64,000 nt of DNA from an uncultured Planctomycetota bacterium (GTDB lineage: Bacteria; Planctomycetota; Planctomycetia; Isosphaerales; Isosphaeraceae). Below the pieces are notes generated by a model. It was not told the origin of the DNA and did no database searches. It saw nothing but the letters and a program-made list of their open reading frames with translations. The stretch is taken from positions 768,001 through 832,000 of the forward strand of contig CAVTTN010000002.1 of NCBI GenBank assembly GCA_963737655.1. Reading direction: 5' to 3'. This document shows, in pieces, positions 9,805-18,900 of this stretch. Each line of letters begins with the position of its first letter. Positions within the stretch are counted from its first letter, which is position 1. Both the position numbers and the translations under genes were made by a program.

Positions 9805-10467
9805 TCAATCGACGAGTTCCAGAGTCGCCCAGAGGCTCGGGTCTTCGGCGACCGGGAAATCCCGGCCGACGGTGAGGAACTGATCGCCTCGCGAGGGGTC
9901 GGTGACCTGATACGCCAGGCCGAGACGGCGGTTGGTGTCGGGGTCGAAGCCGTTCAGGGCGGCGGCGGGGAAGAACAGCTCGATCCGCCAGCCTCCCTTG
10001 AGCTTTTCGGCCTTCGCCCGGATCGTCTCCGGCCTGGCCATCGGGGGGTCGGCCAGGGCCCGGTGGATCGTTTTTTGTTCGACCACGACTTCGAGGGTTT
10101 TCGTCGCCTTTTCGGGCTTCAACGTCGCCGAAAATCGGTGGCAATAGCGGGTCGCGCGGTGGACGTCGCGGGTGTCCCGGGTGTCGATCCAGAGCTGGAT
10201 CCCGTCGTTCCCTTCGGGGAGATAGGGATCGTGGCGGATCGGCCGGGTCTTGCCCGAGATTTCGACCTGGACCGCCAGTCCTCCGGGGTTCCACGCCGCG
10301 CGGACGTCCGCCCACGAGTCCTTCCCCTCCAGCGCCGACGACGACACCAATCGGCACGTCTCGGGGAGGTCCAGGAGCCTCTCGCCGCCTTGGGGGAGGC
10401 CGTCCACCTTCTTGCACGGGAAGGCCAGGCGGAACCAGAACGTTTGCGGGATCAGGGCGGAGCTCAT
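9805..10467 (-). CDS. Hypothetical protein, DOMON/CBM9-like beta-sandwich
   Basis: Coding-like composition; DGIQLWIDTR and GGWRIELFFP resemble CBM9/DOMON-like domains. Confidence 0.55.
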   Translation of the reverse strand: MSSALIPQTFWFRLAFPCKKVDGLPQGGERLLDLPETCRLVSSSALEGKDSWADVRAAWNPGGLAVQVEISGKTRPIRHDPYLPEGNDGIQLWIDTRDTRDVHRATRYCHRFSATLKPEKATKTLEVVVEQKTIHRALADPPMARPETIRAKAEKLKGGWRIELFFPAAALNGFDPDTNRRLGLAYQVTDPSRGDQFLTVGRDFPVAEDPSLWATLELVD

Positions 10468-10500
10468 GGTGAAGTCGCGAGGGCCGGGCTCGGGCGGGTC

Positions 10501-10830
10501 CTAATCGAGATATCCGTCGGAATACGGCTTCGGCTTCGACCAGGCCGGAGGCCGGAAGATGGCGAGCAGGATCATGCTCGCGCCGAGCCCCACGAACAGC
10601 ACGGCGAGGTGGAAATTGTACAGGGCCCACACGCCAATGGCGATGGCCCAGAACCCGCCCTGGAACGCGTACCAGCCCCGGCCCTTCACCAGCCCCTCGA
10701 CGATCGCCGAGGCGCCGATGACGAACAGGATTCCCGGCCACCAGGCGTGGGTGTAGAACAAGAGGCCCAGGCCGATCAGCCAGACGCCCCCGACGATCTG
10801 CCCGGCCCGTTCCCTGTCGAGATAACGCAT
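10501..10830 (-). CDS. Small hydrophobic membrane protein (about 4 TM)
   Basis: Four hydrophobic segments; GGAGG upstream. Confidence 0.7.
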   Translation of the reverse strand: MRYLDRERAGQIVGGVWLIGLGLLFYTHAWWPGILFVIGASAIVEGLVKGRGWYAFQGGFWAIAIGVWALYNFHLAVLFVGLGASMILLAIFRPPAWSKPKPYSDGYLD

Positions 10831-10894
10831 CGTCCAGACCTCCCGCGACGTTGCCCGGAACCCCGTCCCCGAAGTGTTCGCCCGGTCCTCGCGA

Positions 10895-11113
10895 TTATTG
10901 CTCGCCCCGGTCCTCGCGGCCCAGGGCCAGGCCGTAGCGGATCAGGGTGATTCCCGCCCAGAGCGTCACGACGAGCTCGACCCCCGCCATCGCGCCGCGA
11001 AGATGCCCGATCGGCGTCCCGAGGCGGCACGCGACCTCCGCCAGTCCCAGCCCCAACAGCATCCCGGACGGCACCACGACGAGCAAGGGGATCAAGCTCC
11101 CTCGATCGCGCAT
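10895..11113 (-). CDS. Small putative membrane protein
   Basis: Two hydrophobic segments; fills the gap between ribH and the next gene in the same orientation. Confidence 0.4.
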   Translation of the reverse strand: MRDRGSLIPLLVVVPSGMLLGLGLAEVACRLGTPIGHLRGAMAGVELVVTLWAGITLIRYGLALGREDRGEQ

Positions 11114-11123
11114 CCGCCCCCGG

Positions 11124-11633
11124 TCACGCCGTCCCATGGAACCCGAACGTCGAGCTGCCCGAGCCTCCGGCGCGGATCGCCTTCATGAGGTTCGCCATCT
11201 CGACGGCCGCCATCGCGGCCTCGCCCCCCTTGTTGCCGGCCTTCAGGCCCGAGCGGTTGAGCGCCTGCTCGACGGTGTCGGTCGTCAGGATGCCGAAGAT
11301 GACCGGCACGCCCGTCGACAGGCCCGCGTTCATGATCCCCGATGCCGTCTGACCGGCCACGTGATCATAATGGCCCGTTTCCCCCCGGATGATGCATCCG
11401 AGGCAGATCACGCCGACATATTTGCCCGAATCGGCCAGGGTGCGCGCGACGATGGGGACCTCGAACGACCCGGGGACCCAGGCCACGTCCAATCGGTCCT
11501 CGCCCACGCCGAGGCGGGCGAAGGCGTCGCGGCACCCGGCGAGGAGGGCGTCGGTGACCAGGCGGTTGAACCGGCTCGCCACCACGGAGAAGCGGCCGGA
11601 GGGGGCGGAGAAGTCGCCTTCGAAGGTGGGCAT
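11124..11633 (-). CDS. ribH: 6,7-dimethyl-8-ribityllumazine synthase
   Basis: VPGSFEVP, CLGCIIRGETGHYD, FGILT and NKG motifs; start at MPTFEG. Confidence 0.95.
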   Translation of the reverse strand: MPTFEGDFSAPSGRFSVVASRFNRLVTDALLAGCRDAFARLGVGEDRLDVAWVPGSFEVPIVARTLADSGKYVGVICLGCIIRGETGHYDHVAGQTASGIMNAGLSTGVPVIFGILTTDTVEQALNRSGLKAGNKGGEAAMAAVEMANLMKAIRAGGSGSSTFGFHGTA

Positions 11634-11945
11634 GATGGCCTTGATCGGGTCCGAAGTTCGGGATGATGGCGGATCATCTCGGAGTATGGCCAATGCGGCG
11701 GGATCATTCCAGACGAACCGGCCGACGAATCGAGGACCCGCCTCCTCGCGGACCCTGCGGTCCCATGGCGATTCGGAATACCCGGAGCACGTCGCCAGGG
11801 CCTCCAAAACGCGGGCGGGGGTAACCCTCGGGAGACTTCGGCTCCTCTCCGGCGGGTCACAGGTCCCACGATCGTTCAGACCGACAAGACCCAGCGTCGA
11901 TCCCTTACGTGCGGCGTCCTTCGATGGCGACGCTCAGCCGCGAGG

Positions 11946-12146
11946 TCAGGCATCGGCGTCGACCTCGGCCTCGCCGACCGCTTCCCAGAACCAGACGACG
12001 ACGTGCCTCGCGGAGCGGACGGTCTCGCCGTGCGAGATGCTGATGACTCTCTCCGGACCGAGCCGACCGGCGAATTCGGCGGCCCGGCGAAGCACAGGCT
12101 CCCAGCTCAGATCGGTGCCCTCGAATATGCGGAACGCAGCTCGCAT
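11946..12146 (-). CDS. Small hypothetical protein (66 aa)
   Basis: MRAAFRIFEG...ERVISISH...VVVWFWE looks globular and coding. Confidence 0.5.
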   Translation of the reverse strand: MRAAFRIFEGTDLSWEPVLRRAAEFAGRLGPERVISISHGETVRSARHVVVWFWEAVGEAEVDADA

Positions 12147-12413
12147 GGTCGGGCCCCCTATCCGGCGTCCGGGCGGCGGCACAGGAAGCCGGCTCTCTGA
12201 CGGATCCGCCGTGTGGAAACATCAAATTTTACCACGGCCACTCGCGCATTACGAGCCGCCGGTGGGGCCGTCGTCCAGAGGGCCGGGCGGCGGCACCGAC
12301 CCCAAGGTCATCGCGCCTCCGACCGGCGGGTTGATCTCCTGTCTGATCGACGGTCTTCCACACGAACGGCCGGGATCTCATTCGGGGCTCGCGGCGCTGG
12401 GCTCGGGCTGATC

Positions 12414-15400
12414 TTAACCCCTGGGCGAGACCCCGGGGGCGACGGCTTTCGCGTCCGGGCCGGTCGGCGGGGATCGGCCGCCCGGGGAGGGCGCCTTGAC
12501 CGCATCGGCCGCCTCGTCGCGAAGACCCCGGAGGTCCGCCTCCGGTGGCGGGCCCTTGGGGTCGATCATCGAGAGGGCCTTCTCGTTGCAGGTCTCCGCC
12601 TCCTCCATCCGGCCCTGCCTGGCGCGGAGGATCGCCATGGGGAACCAGTTGTAAGGCGAGGAGCCCCCCGGCCTCGATAGCGCGCTGGAGAGCGCTCTTT
12701 CGGCCTTCGCCAGGTCGCCGGCGCGGAGGGCGGCCAAGCCCAGGGTATTCTCGCAAGTGCCGTTACCCTGAGCCAGGCTCGCGGCCTTCAGGGCGATGGT
12801 CAAAGCCTCGCCCGGAGACCTCCTGGCGGGGTCGGAGTGAGTGGCCAGGGCCCAGGCGAGATTGTTGAGGGCCCGCCAGTCGTCCGGCTTGAGGCGGACC
12901 GCTTCCCGGTCCTGGAGGATCGCCTCGTCGAAGTTCCCGTTGCTGTTCAGGAGCGCCCCGAGCTTGAACCGGAGGACGGCGTCGTCGGGGGCCGCCAGGA
13001 CCTTCTTCCGGGCTTCCGCGATCTTCGCTTCGGGCCCGGACGGTGAGGACGACGGGGCCGGGACCGGGGACGGCCCGGCCTTCAGCCCGCCGAGGTCGGC
13101 CTCGCGGTCGGACCAGATCAGGAGGAGGCCGTACCCGGCCGTCGCGATCCGGTGGCCGTCCGGGCTCCAGGCGACGCCATTCAACCACAGCTTCCGGGCG
13201 GCCTCGGGCATCGTGAGCGTCACGAGATTCCGCCCGTTGCGGGCGTCCCAGATCTCGACGTGCCCGACCCCGGCGCCGACCAGGCGATCGCCCTTCGGGT
13301 TGTAGGCGGCGAACCAGGAGCGTTCGGTCCGCTCGCAGGTGAGGGCCAGGCCCTTCGCCTCCAGGTCCCAGACGATCACGGCATGCTCGGTCGCGCCGGC
13401 CAGCCTCCGGCCGTCGGCCGTCAGCGACAGGCTCCCGGCGGTCTCCGGGAGGGTGAACGACTCCTTCCCGGTCTCGACCTCGCGACGGATGATGCCGCTC
13501 CATCCGCTGACGATCCACCGGCCGTCGGGGCCCCACACCACGTCCGTCACCAGGTTGGCATGGGTGAATGTGCGGCCGCCGTCCCCCCGGGCGTCCCCGG
13601 GGGCCTGGACCGGGAAGATCCTCGTGGTCCCGTCCTCGCCCGCCGAGGCGATCGACCGGCCGTCGGGGCTGAAGCTCAGGCCGAAGATCACGGTGTCGTG
13701 CTTGTCGGTCGGCCTCGGCGAGTGGGCCTGGATGCTGCGTTCCAGGGCCAGCGTCGGCGTCTTCCAGAGCCGGATCACGCCGTCGCGGCTCCCCGTGGCG
13801 ATCCGAGTGCCGTCGGGGCTGTAGGCGATCGCCCGGCTCGCCTTGTCGGTGGACCTCTCGCGGCGGATCGATCGGCCGGTGGCCGCCTCGAACAGGGCCA
13901 GCGACGAGCCCCCGTCCGGGTCGGTGAGGATGACCGCAAGCCGGGAGCCGTCGGGGCTGAAGGCGAATTTCGACGGCGAGCACCCCGGCAGCCTGACCAG
14001 GACGAGGTCCTGCTCGGTGGCCGAGGCGATCCCCTGCTCGTAGGAGACCTCGGGGCCCAGGGAGACGCTCCGGCCCGCCAACTGGCCGAGCCTGCGGAGG
14101 TAATCCCACTCCCAGCCGCGGAGGTCCGCCGGGCACCCGTCCAGGATTCCCTGGGCCGTCCTCGTGTCCCCGGCGGAGAGCCGCACCCGGACTCCGCCGA
14201 TCCGAAGGCCGTATTCCAGCCTCCGCGCCTGCTCGGCTCGGTCGTCGGAGGCGGGTGTGGGGGCCGGGACAGGAGCGGGATCGGGCGACCGCGCCAGGTC
14301 TCTCACCGCCGCGTCACGACCCCAACCGGAGGCGCCATGCCGCCAGAGGCCGAGCCCCGCCAGCAGGATCGTCGTCGCGCCGACCGCGACCCAACCGAGG
14401 CGGCGGGAGCGTCGCCGCTCGGGCCGGCCGAGGAGGCCGCGCCCATCCTGCGTCTCGACGATCACCCCGGTGACCGCCCTCGGCGCCGGGGCTTGCCCGG
14501 CACTCTCGCCGAGGCGTTCGGGCGGGACGGGATCGAGGCCGGGCCGGTCTGCCAGGGTCGTCCGTCCGGCCAGCCATCGCCGGAGGTCCCGGGCCAGCTC
14601 CCGACAGCCTGGGTATCGACCGGCCGGGTCCTTCGCCAGGGCCTTCAGGCAGATCGCCTCCAGTTCGGCCGGAACTTCGGGGCGGAAGTCGCGCAGAGGC
14701 GGTGGGGAGGTGTGCAAGGTGTGGTAGATCAGCACGCCGAGGGGACCCGCGAACGGCACCCGGCCGCAAAGCATCTCGTAGAGGACCACGCCGAGGCTGT
14801 ACTGGTCGCCGGCCGGCTCGACCTCGTGGCTCCGGCCGGACGCCTGCTCGGGGGAGAGATAGGCCGGAGTTCCCAGGATCGAGCCGGCCCGAGTCAGCTT
14901 CGCTCCGCTGGCGCTCAGGTGGGCGAGGCCGAAGTCGGCCAGGTGGGGACGGTCCTCGGCGTCCAGGAGCACGTTCGCGGGCTTCACGTCGCGGTGGACG
15001 ACGCCCTCCTCGTGGGCGTGGTCCAGGGCGTCGGCCAGGTCGCTGGCGATCCGGGCCGCGCGTCGGGGCTCGAGCGGCCCTTCGTCGATCGCCTCGGCCA
15101 GGCTTCGACCGGCGATGAAGGCCGAGGCGATGTAGAAGGTCCCGTCTTCCGCGCCGGCCTCGTACACCGTCACGATCCGAGCATGGCGCAGCCGGGCCGC
15201 CACGCGGGCCTCGCGTCGGAACCGCTCGACGACCTGCTCGTCGCGCTGGAACTCCGCGTGGAGCACCTTGAGGGCCACCTCGCGGTCGAGCTTCGGATCG
15301 ACGGCCCGATAGACGGTCCCGAAAGCTCCGGCTCCCAACCGTTGTTTCACCAGAAAGCGACCGATGCTACCGGGCAGAGGGGCCCGAGACGGAGGGACGT

Positions 15401-15620
15401 CCCCCGGGGGGGCCGAGTCGGCCGAGGAACCGACCGTCGATCCGGCGAACTCTCCCGACGGCGTCAGGACGAACGCTTCACCGCACCCCTTGCACCGGCC
15501 CCGCCGGCCGATCAGCGAGCCGTCGATCGAGTACGACCGCGCACAGGCCGGACATTGGATCGAGACGGCGGGCACTTCGGGGGTCTCCCGGCAGCGGTGA
15601 TTGGGACTGGCGAGCCGCAC
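12414..15620 (-). CDS. Ser/Thr protein kinase with N-terminal Zn ribbon, TM, WD40 propeller and C-terminal TPRs
   Basis: CPAC..CKGC; LGAGAFGTVY, HRDVKPAN, DFG, GTPAYLSPE; FSPDG/WD repeats; ALNNLAWAL TPR. True start may be a few codons downstream. Confidence 0.92.
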   Translation of the reverse strand: MRLASPNHRCRETPEVPAVSIQCPACARSYSIDGSLIGRRGRCKGCGEAFVLTPSGEFAGSTVGSSADSAPPGDVPPSRAPLPGSIGRFLVKQRLGAGAFGTVYRAVDPKLDREVALKVLHAEFQRDEQVVERFRREARVAARLRHARIVTVYEAGAEDGTFYIASAFIAGRSLAEAIDEGPLEPRRAARIASDLADALDHAHEEGVVHRDVKPANVLLDAEDRPHLADFGLAHLSASGAKLTRAGSILGTPAYLSPEQASGRSHEVEPAGDQYSLGVVLYEMLCGRVPFAGPLGVLIYHTLHTSPPPLRDFRPEVPAELEAICLKALAKDPAGRYPGCRELARDLRRWLAGRTTLADRPGLDPVPPERLGESAGQAPAPRAVTGVIVETQDGRGLLGRPERRRSRRLGWVAVGATTILLAGLGLWRHGASGWGRDAAVRDLARSPDPAPVPAPTPASDDRAEQARRLEYGLRIGGVRVRLSAGDTRTAQGILDGCPADLRGWEWDYLRRLGQLAGRSVSLGPEVSYEQGIASATEQDLVLVRLPGCSPSKFAFSPDGSRLAVILTDPDGGSSLALFEAATGRSIRRERSTDKASRAIAYSPDGTRIATGSRDGVIRLWKTPTLALERSIQAHSPRPTDKHDTVIFGLSFSPDGRSIASAGEDGTTRIFPVQAPGDARGDGGRTFTHANLVTDVVWGPDGRWIVSGWSGIIRREVETGKESFTLPETAGSLSLTADGRRLAGATEHAVIVWDLEAKGLALTCERTERSWFAAYNPKGDRLVGAGVGHVEIWDARNGRNLVTLTMPEAARKLWLNGVAWSPDGHRIATAGYGLLLIWSDREADLGGLKAGPSPVPAPSSSPSGPEAKIAEARKKVLAAPDDAVLRFKLGALLNSNGNFDEAILQDREAVRLKPDDWRALNNLAWALATHSDPARRSPGEALTIALKAASLAQGNGTCENTLGLAALRAGDLAKAERALSSALSRPGGSSPYNWFPMAILRARQGRMEEAETCNEKALSMIDPKGPPPEADLRGLRDEAADAVKAPSPGGRSPPTGPDAKAVAPGVSPRG

Positions 15621-15887
15621 CGCCCGCCGGGACCGCGCCCCGCTCGCTGTAGGTGCGAACGATTATCGATCCTGGATCGAGGAGGGTCAATCGTCGAGCG
15701 GGCCATCGGCGCGGGCGATCCGTCCGTCGCGCCGGGCGGCGTCAGCAGTCCGCGGTCATCCTTTCGCCGGAGAACGTCATGGCCTGGTGGACGATGCCTC
15801 GAACCTCCGGATCGCCCTGACGCCGTGGACGCTCCGCCGCCATTCGATGCTGGAGAGCCGGATGATCGATCCGCGCAAATGATCATC

Positions 15888-15988
15888 GGCTCATGAGTCG
15901 CGATTGGTGGCGACGTCGGATTTCCTTCGTCCCCACGCGGAACGTGGGAACGAGTAATTGAGCAAGCACTAACCCAAGATAATTACAC
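15888..15988. mobile_element. 101-bp MITE (family B, copy 1) with near-perfect 9-bp target duplication
   Basis: Ungapped 82/101 identity by manual alignment to 51396-51496; flanked by ATGATCATC and ATGATCATT; internal palindrome CGTCCCCACGCGGAACGTGGGAACG. Confidence 0.8.
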
Positions 15989-15992
15989 ATGA

Positions 15993-18900
15993 TCATTTTT
16001 CAATGAATGACCCTGGCGGGGGCAGAGTGCGCCTCGCCGGTCGTGGGCCCCGGGGATGGCTCGTCGCGATCTTGATGGAATGGGTCAGCAGCCGGGAAGG
16101 ATTCTTCAGGTGATGGCCTCGAAGGACGAGATTCCCCGGGCCGACCTGGGTTGATCCGTCGCTGCCGGGATGGCCATTCGCCGCGCCGTCCATGAGGAGT
16201 CCGGAGGAACCGGCGACTCCGAGCTTGCCGGTTCCTCGGATGAGCAGCTCGTAGAGACGGTGGACGTTGAGGCGGTGCCGGGTTCTCAAGGTCACGGTCG
16301 TCGTGGCCGCGTCGTAGGTCGCCGAGGCCATCGCCATCGGGCTCGCCTCGCGTCTCAACGGCGTGCCGTCGGACTTCAGCGCGATGATGCCATAATTCGA
16401 TGGATCGCTGGCGCGGCCGGGATCGAGCGGGCCGTTGAAGGTGAGCGTCAGCCGCGTCCGCTGCCCGTGAATGCCGAAGCGGTCCACTTCGAGGAGGAGA
16501 GGGCCGTCCTGGCCGACCGGCGACACCGTCGGCGGCCCCACGATCGGCGCCTGGCCGACCGGAGAGACCGTCGGCGGGCCGGTGATCGGCATCTGGCCGA
16601 CTGGCGGGACCGTCGGCGGCCCGGCGATCGGCCCGTCGTTCCCGGGGCCACTCGCACCCGGCGTGCCGCCGAGCACGGGCGTCACGGCCACGTTCGCCGT
16701 CGAGGCGGCGGTCGCGGCGGACCCTCCCGACTGGACGATCGTGACGGTCGTCGCGAACGTCCCCGCGTGGGCATAGAGGTGGTCGCCGGTCACGAGGTAG
16801 CCGGCGGCGGCGGCGGAGACCGAGCCGGCCGAGGCCGCCGTGCCGTCGCCCCAGTCGATCGTGGCCGCGAAGCCGGACGCGGCGCCTCCGTCGTCCTGCG
16901 TGAAGACGGCCACGGGGACGGCGACCAGGGCGATCCCTTCGACCCCGACGATCGTCACGCCGCGGGCGAGGATGGCCGGGACGATCACGTCGGCCGTGCT
17001 CCGTGCCGTCGCCGAGGCCCCGCCCAGGTCCGCGATGGTCACGAGGACCGCGAACGACCCGGCAACCGCGTAGGTCCTGGTGCCGACGACATCGAACCCT
17101 TGCGCGGCCGGATCGGCGGCGATCGTGCCCGCGGAATGGGTGCCGTCGCCCCAGTCGATCGTGGCCGAGTAGTCGCCGACCCGGGCCGAAGGGTCGGCGT
17201 CGGTGAAGGACGCGATCACGCCCGAGAATGGCACCCCACGAGAGGCATGAACGGCGATGCCCTGGGCCGTGATGGGCAGGTCGGTCACCGTCGCGCCGGT
17301 CATCGCGGACGCCGTGGAGCCGGCCTGATCGACGATCGTGACGATCAAGGCGTACGCACCTGCCACGGCATAAGTGTGATCGCCGATCGCCGCGAAGCCG
17401 CCTCCGGGAACGGCCTGGATCGTCCCGGGCGAGTCGGTGCCGTCGCCCCAGGCGACATCGGCCGTGAAGTCGCCGATCGAGCCGGAGGGGCCGGCGTCGG
17501 TGAAGGTGGCGACGACCCCGGTGAACTCCGTCCTCTCGGTCGCGAGGATCGTGGTGCCGAGGGCGGAAAGCGGCGGGACGACGACCGCGGAGACGATGCC
17601 GGTCGTCCTGGCCGAGGCCATCGAGCCGCCGGCATCGGCGATCGCGACGACCACGGCGTAGGCGCCCGCCTCGGCGTACGTGTGCGTGCCCGTCACGTCG
17701 AACCCGCCGCGAGCATTCGCCGCGACCTGGCCCGGGGAGGTCACGCCATCGCCCCAGTCGATCGTGGCTGAGTAGTCGCCGACCCGGGCCAGGGGGTCGG
17801 CGTCGGTGAAGGTGGCGACCACGCCGGTGAAGCCGACGTTCGGGGCCGCGGCGATGGTGGTGCCGATGGCCGAGAGCGGCGCGTCGGCCACTCTCACGAG
17901 GTCGGGTACCGTGGCCGGTGAGTTCAGGAGCACGGTCACGTCGTTGCCGGTTCCGACCACCAGGTCCGGCGCGCCGTCGCCGTTGAGGTCCGTCACCGCC
18001 AGAGATGAGGGGATGCCGTTCAATGCATAGATGATCTCGGGCCCGAAGGTGCCGTCGCCGTTTCCGAGCAGGACGCTCACGCCCCCGAACCCCGCGCCGC
18101 TGAGGTTCGCCTGGTCGGCGATCGCGACCCCGAGCTTGCCGTCGCCGTTGAAGTCGCCCACGACCAGGGCCACGGCCCCCGACCCGGCCAGGACGGTCGC
18201 GAGCGGGGCCTGGAACGTCCCGTCTCCGTGGCCCAGCAGCAGATACATCACCTGCGGGGCGATCGTGGCCCCATAGCTCGCGGCGGGGAAGACGACGACG
18301 ATGTCGGGCTTGCCGTCGCCGTTGAAGTCGCCCACGGCGACCAGGGGGGCCGCGTCCTGGACCCCACGCATCGGGAGCGGGATCTCCGCCTCCGTCGCGA
18401 ACGAGCCGTCGCCGTGACCGATGAGCACTCCGACGAAGGCGAGCTGGGCCGTGAGCAGCGCGGTCGGGACGGTCTCTCCCCGGGCGGTCACGAGGTCGAG
18501 CTTGCCGTCGCCGTTGAAGTCGCCCGCCGCGATCGTCCCGGACACGCCCGGGAAGTTATTGCCGAGGGCGGGGTCGGTGGCGGAGAAGATCGGCTCCTGG
18601 AACGTGCCGTCCCCCTTGCCCACCGCCACGTAGACCGAGTTCTGGAGCTGGGAGATCGACGAGTAGCCGTCCAGCGCCGCCAGGTCGGGCTTGCCGTCGC
18701 CGTTGAAGTCGCCGACCACGAGGTTGCTGCGGCCGCCGAGGTCGGGGAACTGGATGGGCGGCTGGAATGTCCCGTCGCCTTTGCCCGCGAGCAGTGCCAC
18801 GTTGGTGCCCGCCTGAGCCGCGTTCGTGGTCACGATGTCGGCCTTGCCGTCGCCGTTGAAGTCGCCAACCGCGACCCCTTGCGGACTGTGGGGGCTGGCA

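Noticed and set aside
11634..11940. Possible FMN riboswitch upstream of ribH
   Set aside because: The conserved RFN motifs (AGGGCGGGGTGAAATTCCCGACCGG-like) were not found on the minus strand.
11850..11952. GCCTGAC-CTCGC-GGCTGAGC after the small ORF, attC-like start on the minus strand
   Set aside because: AAC is not conserved and no matching GTT end was found.
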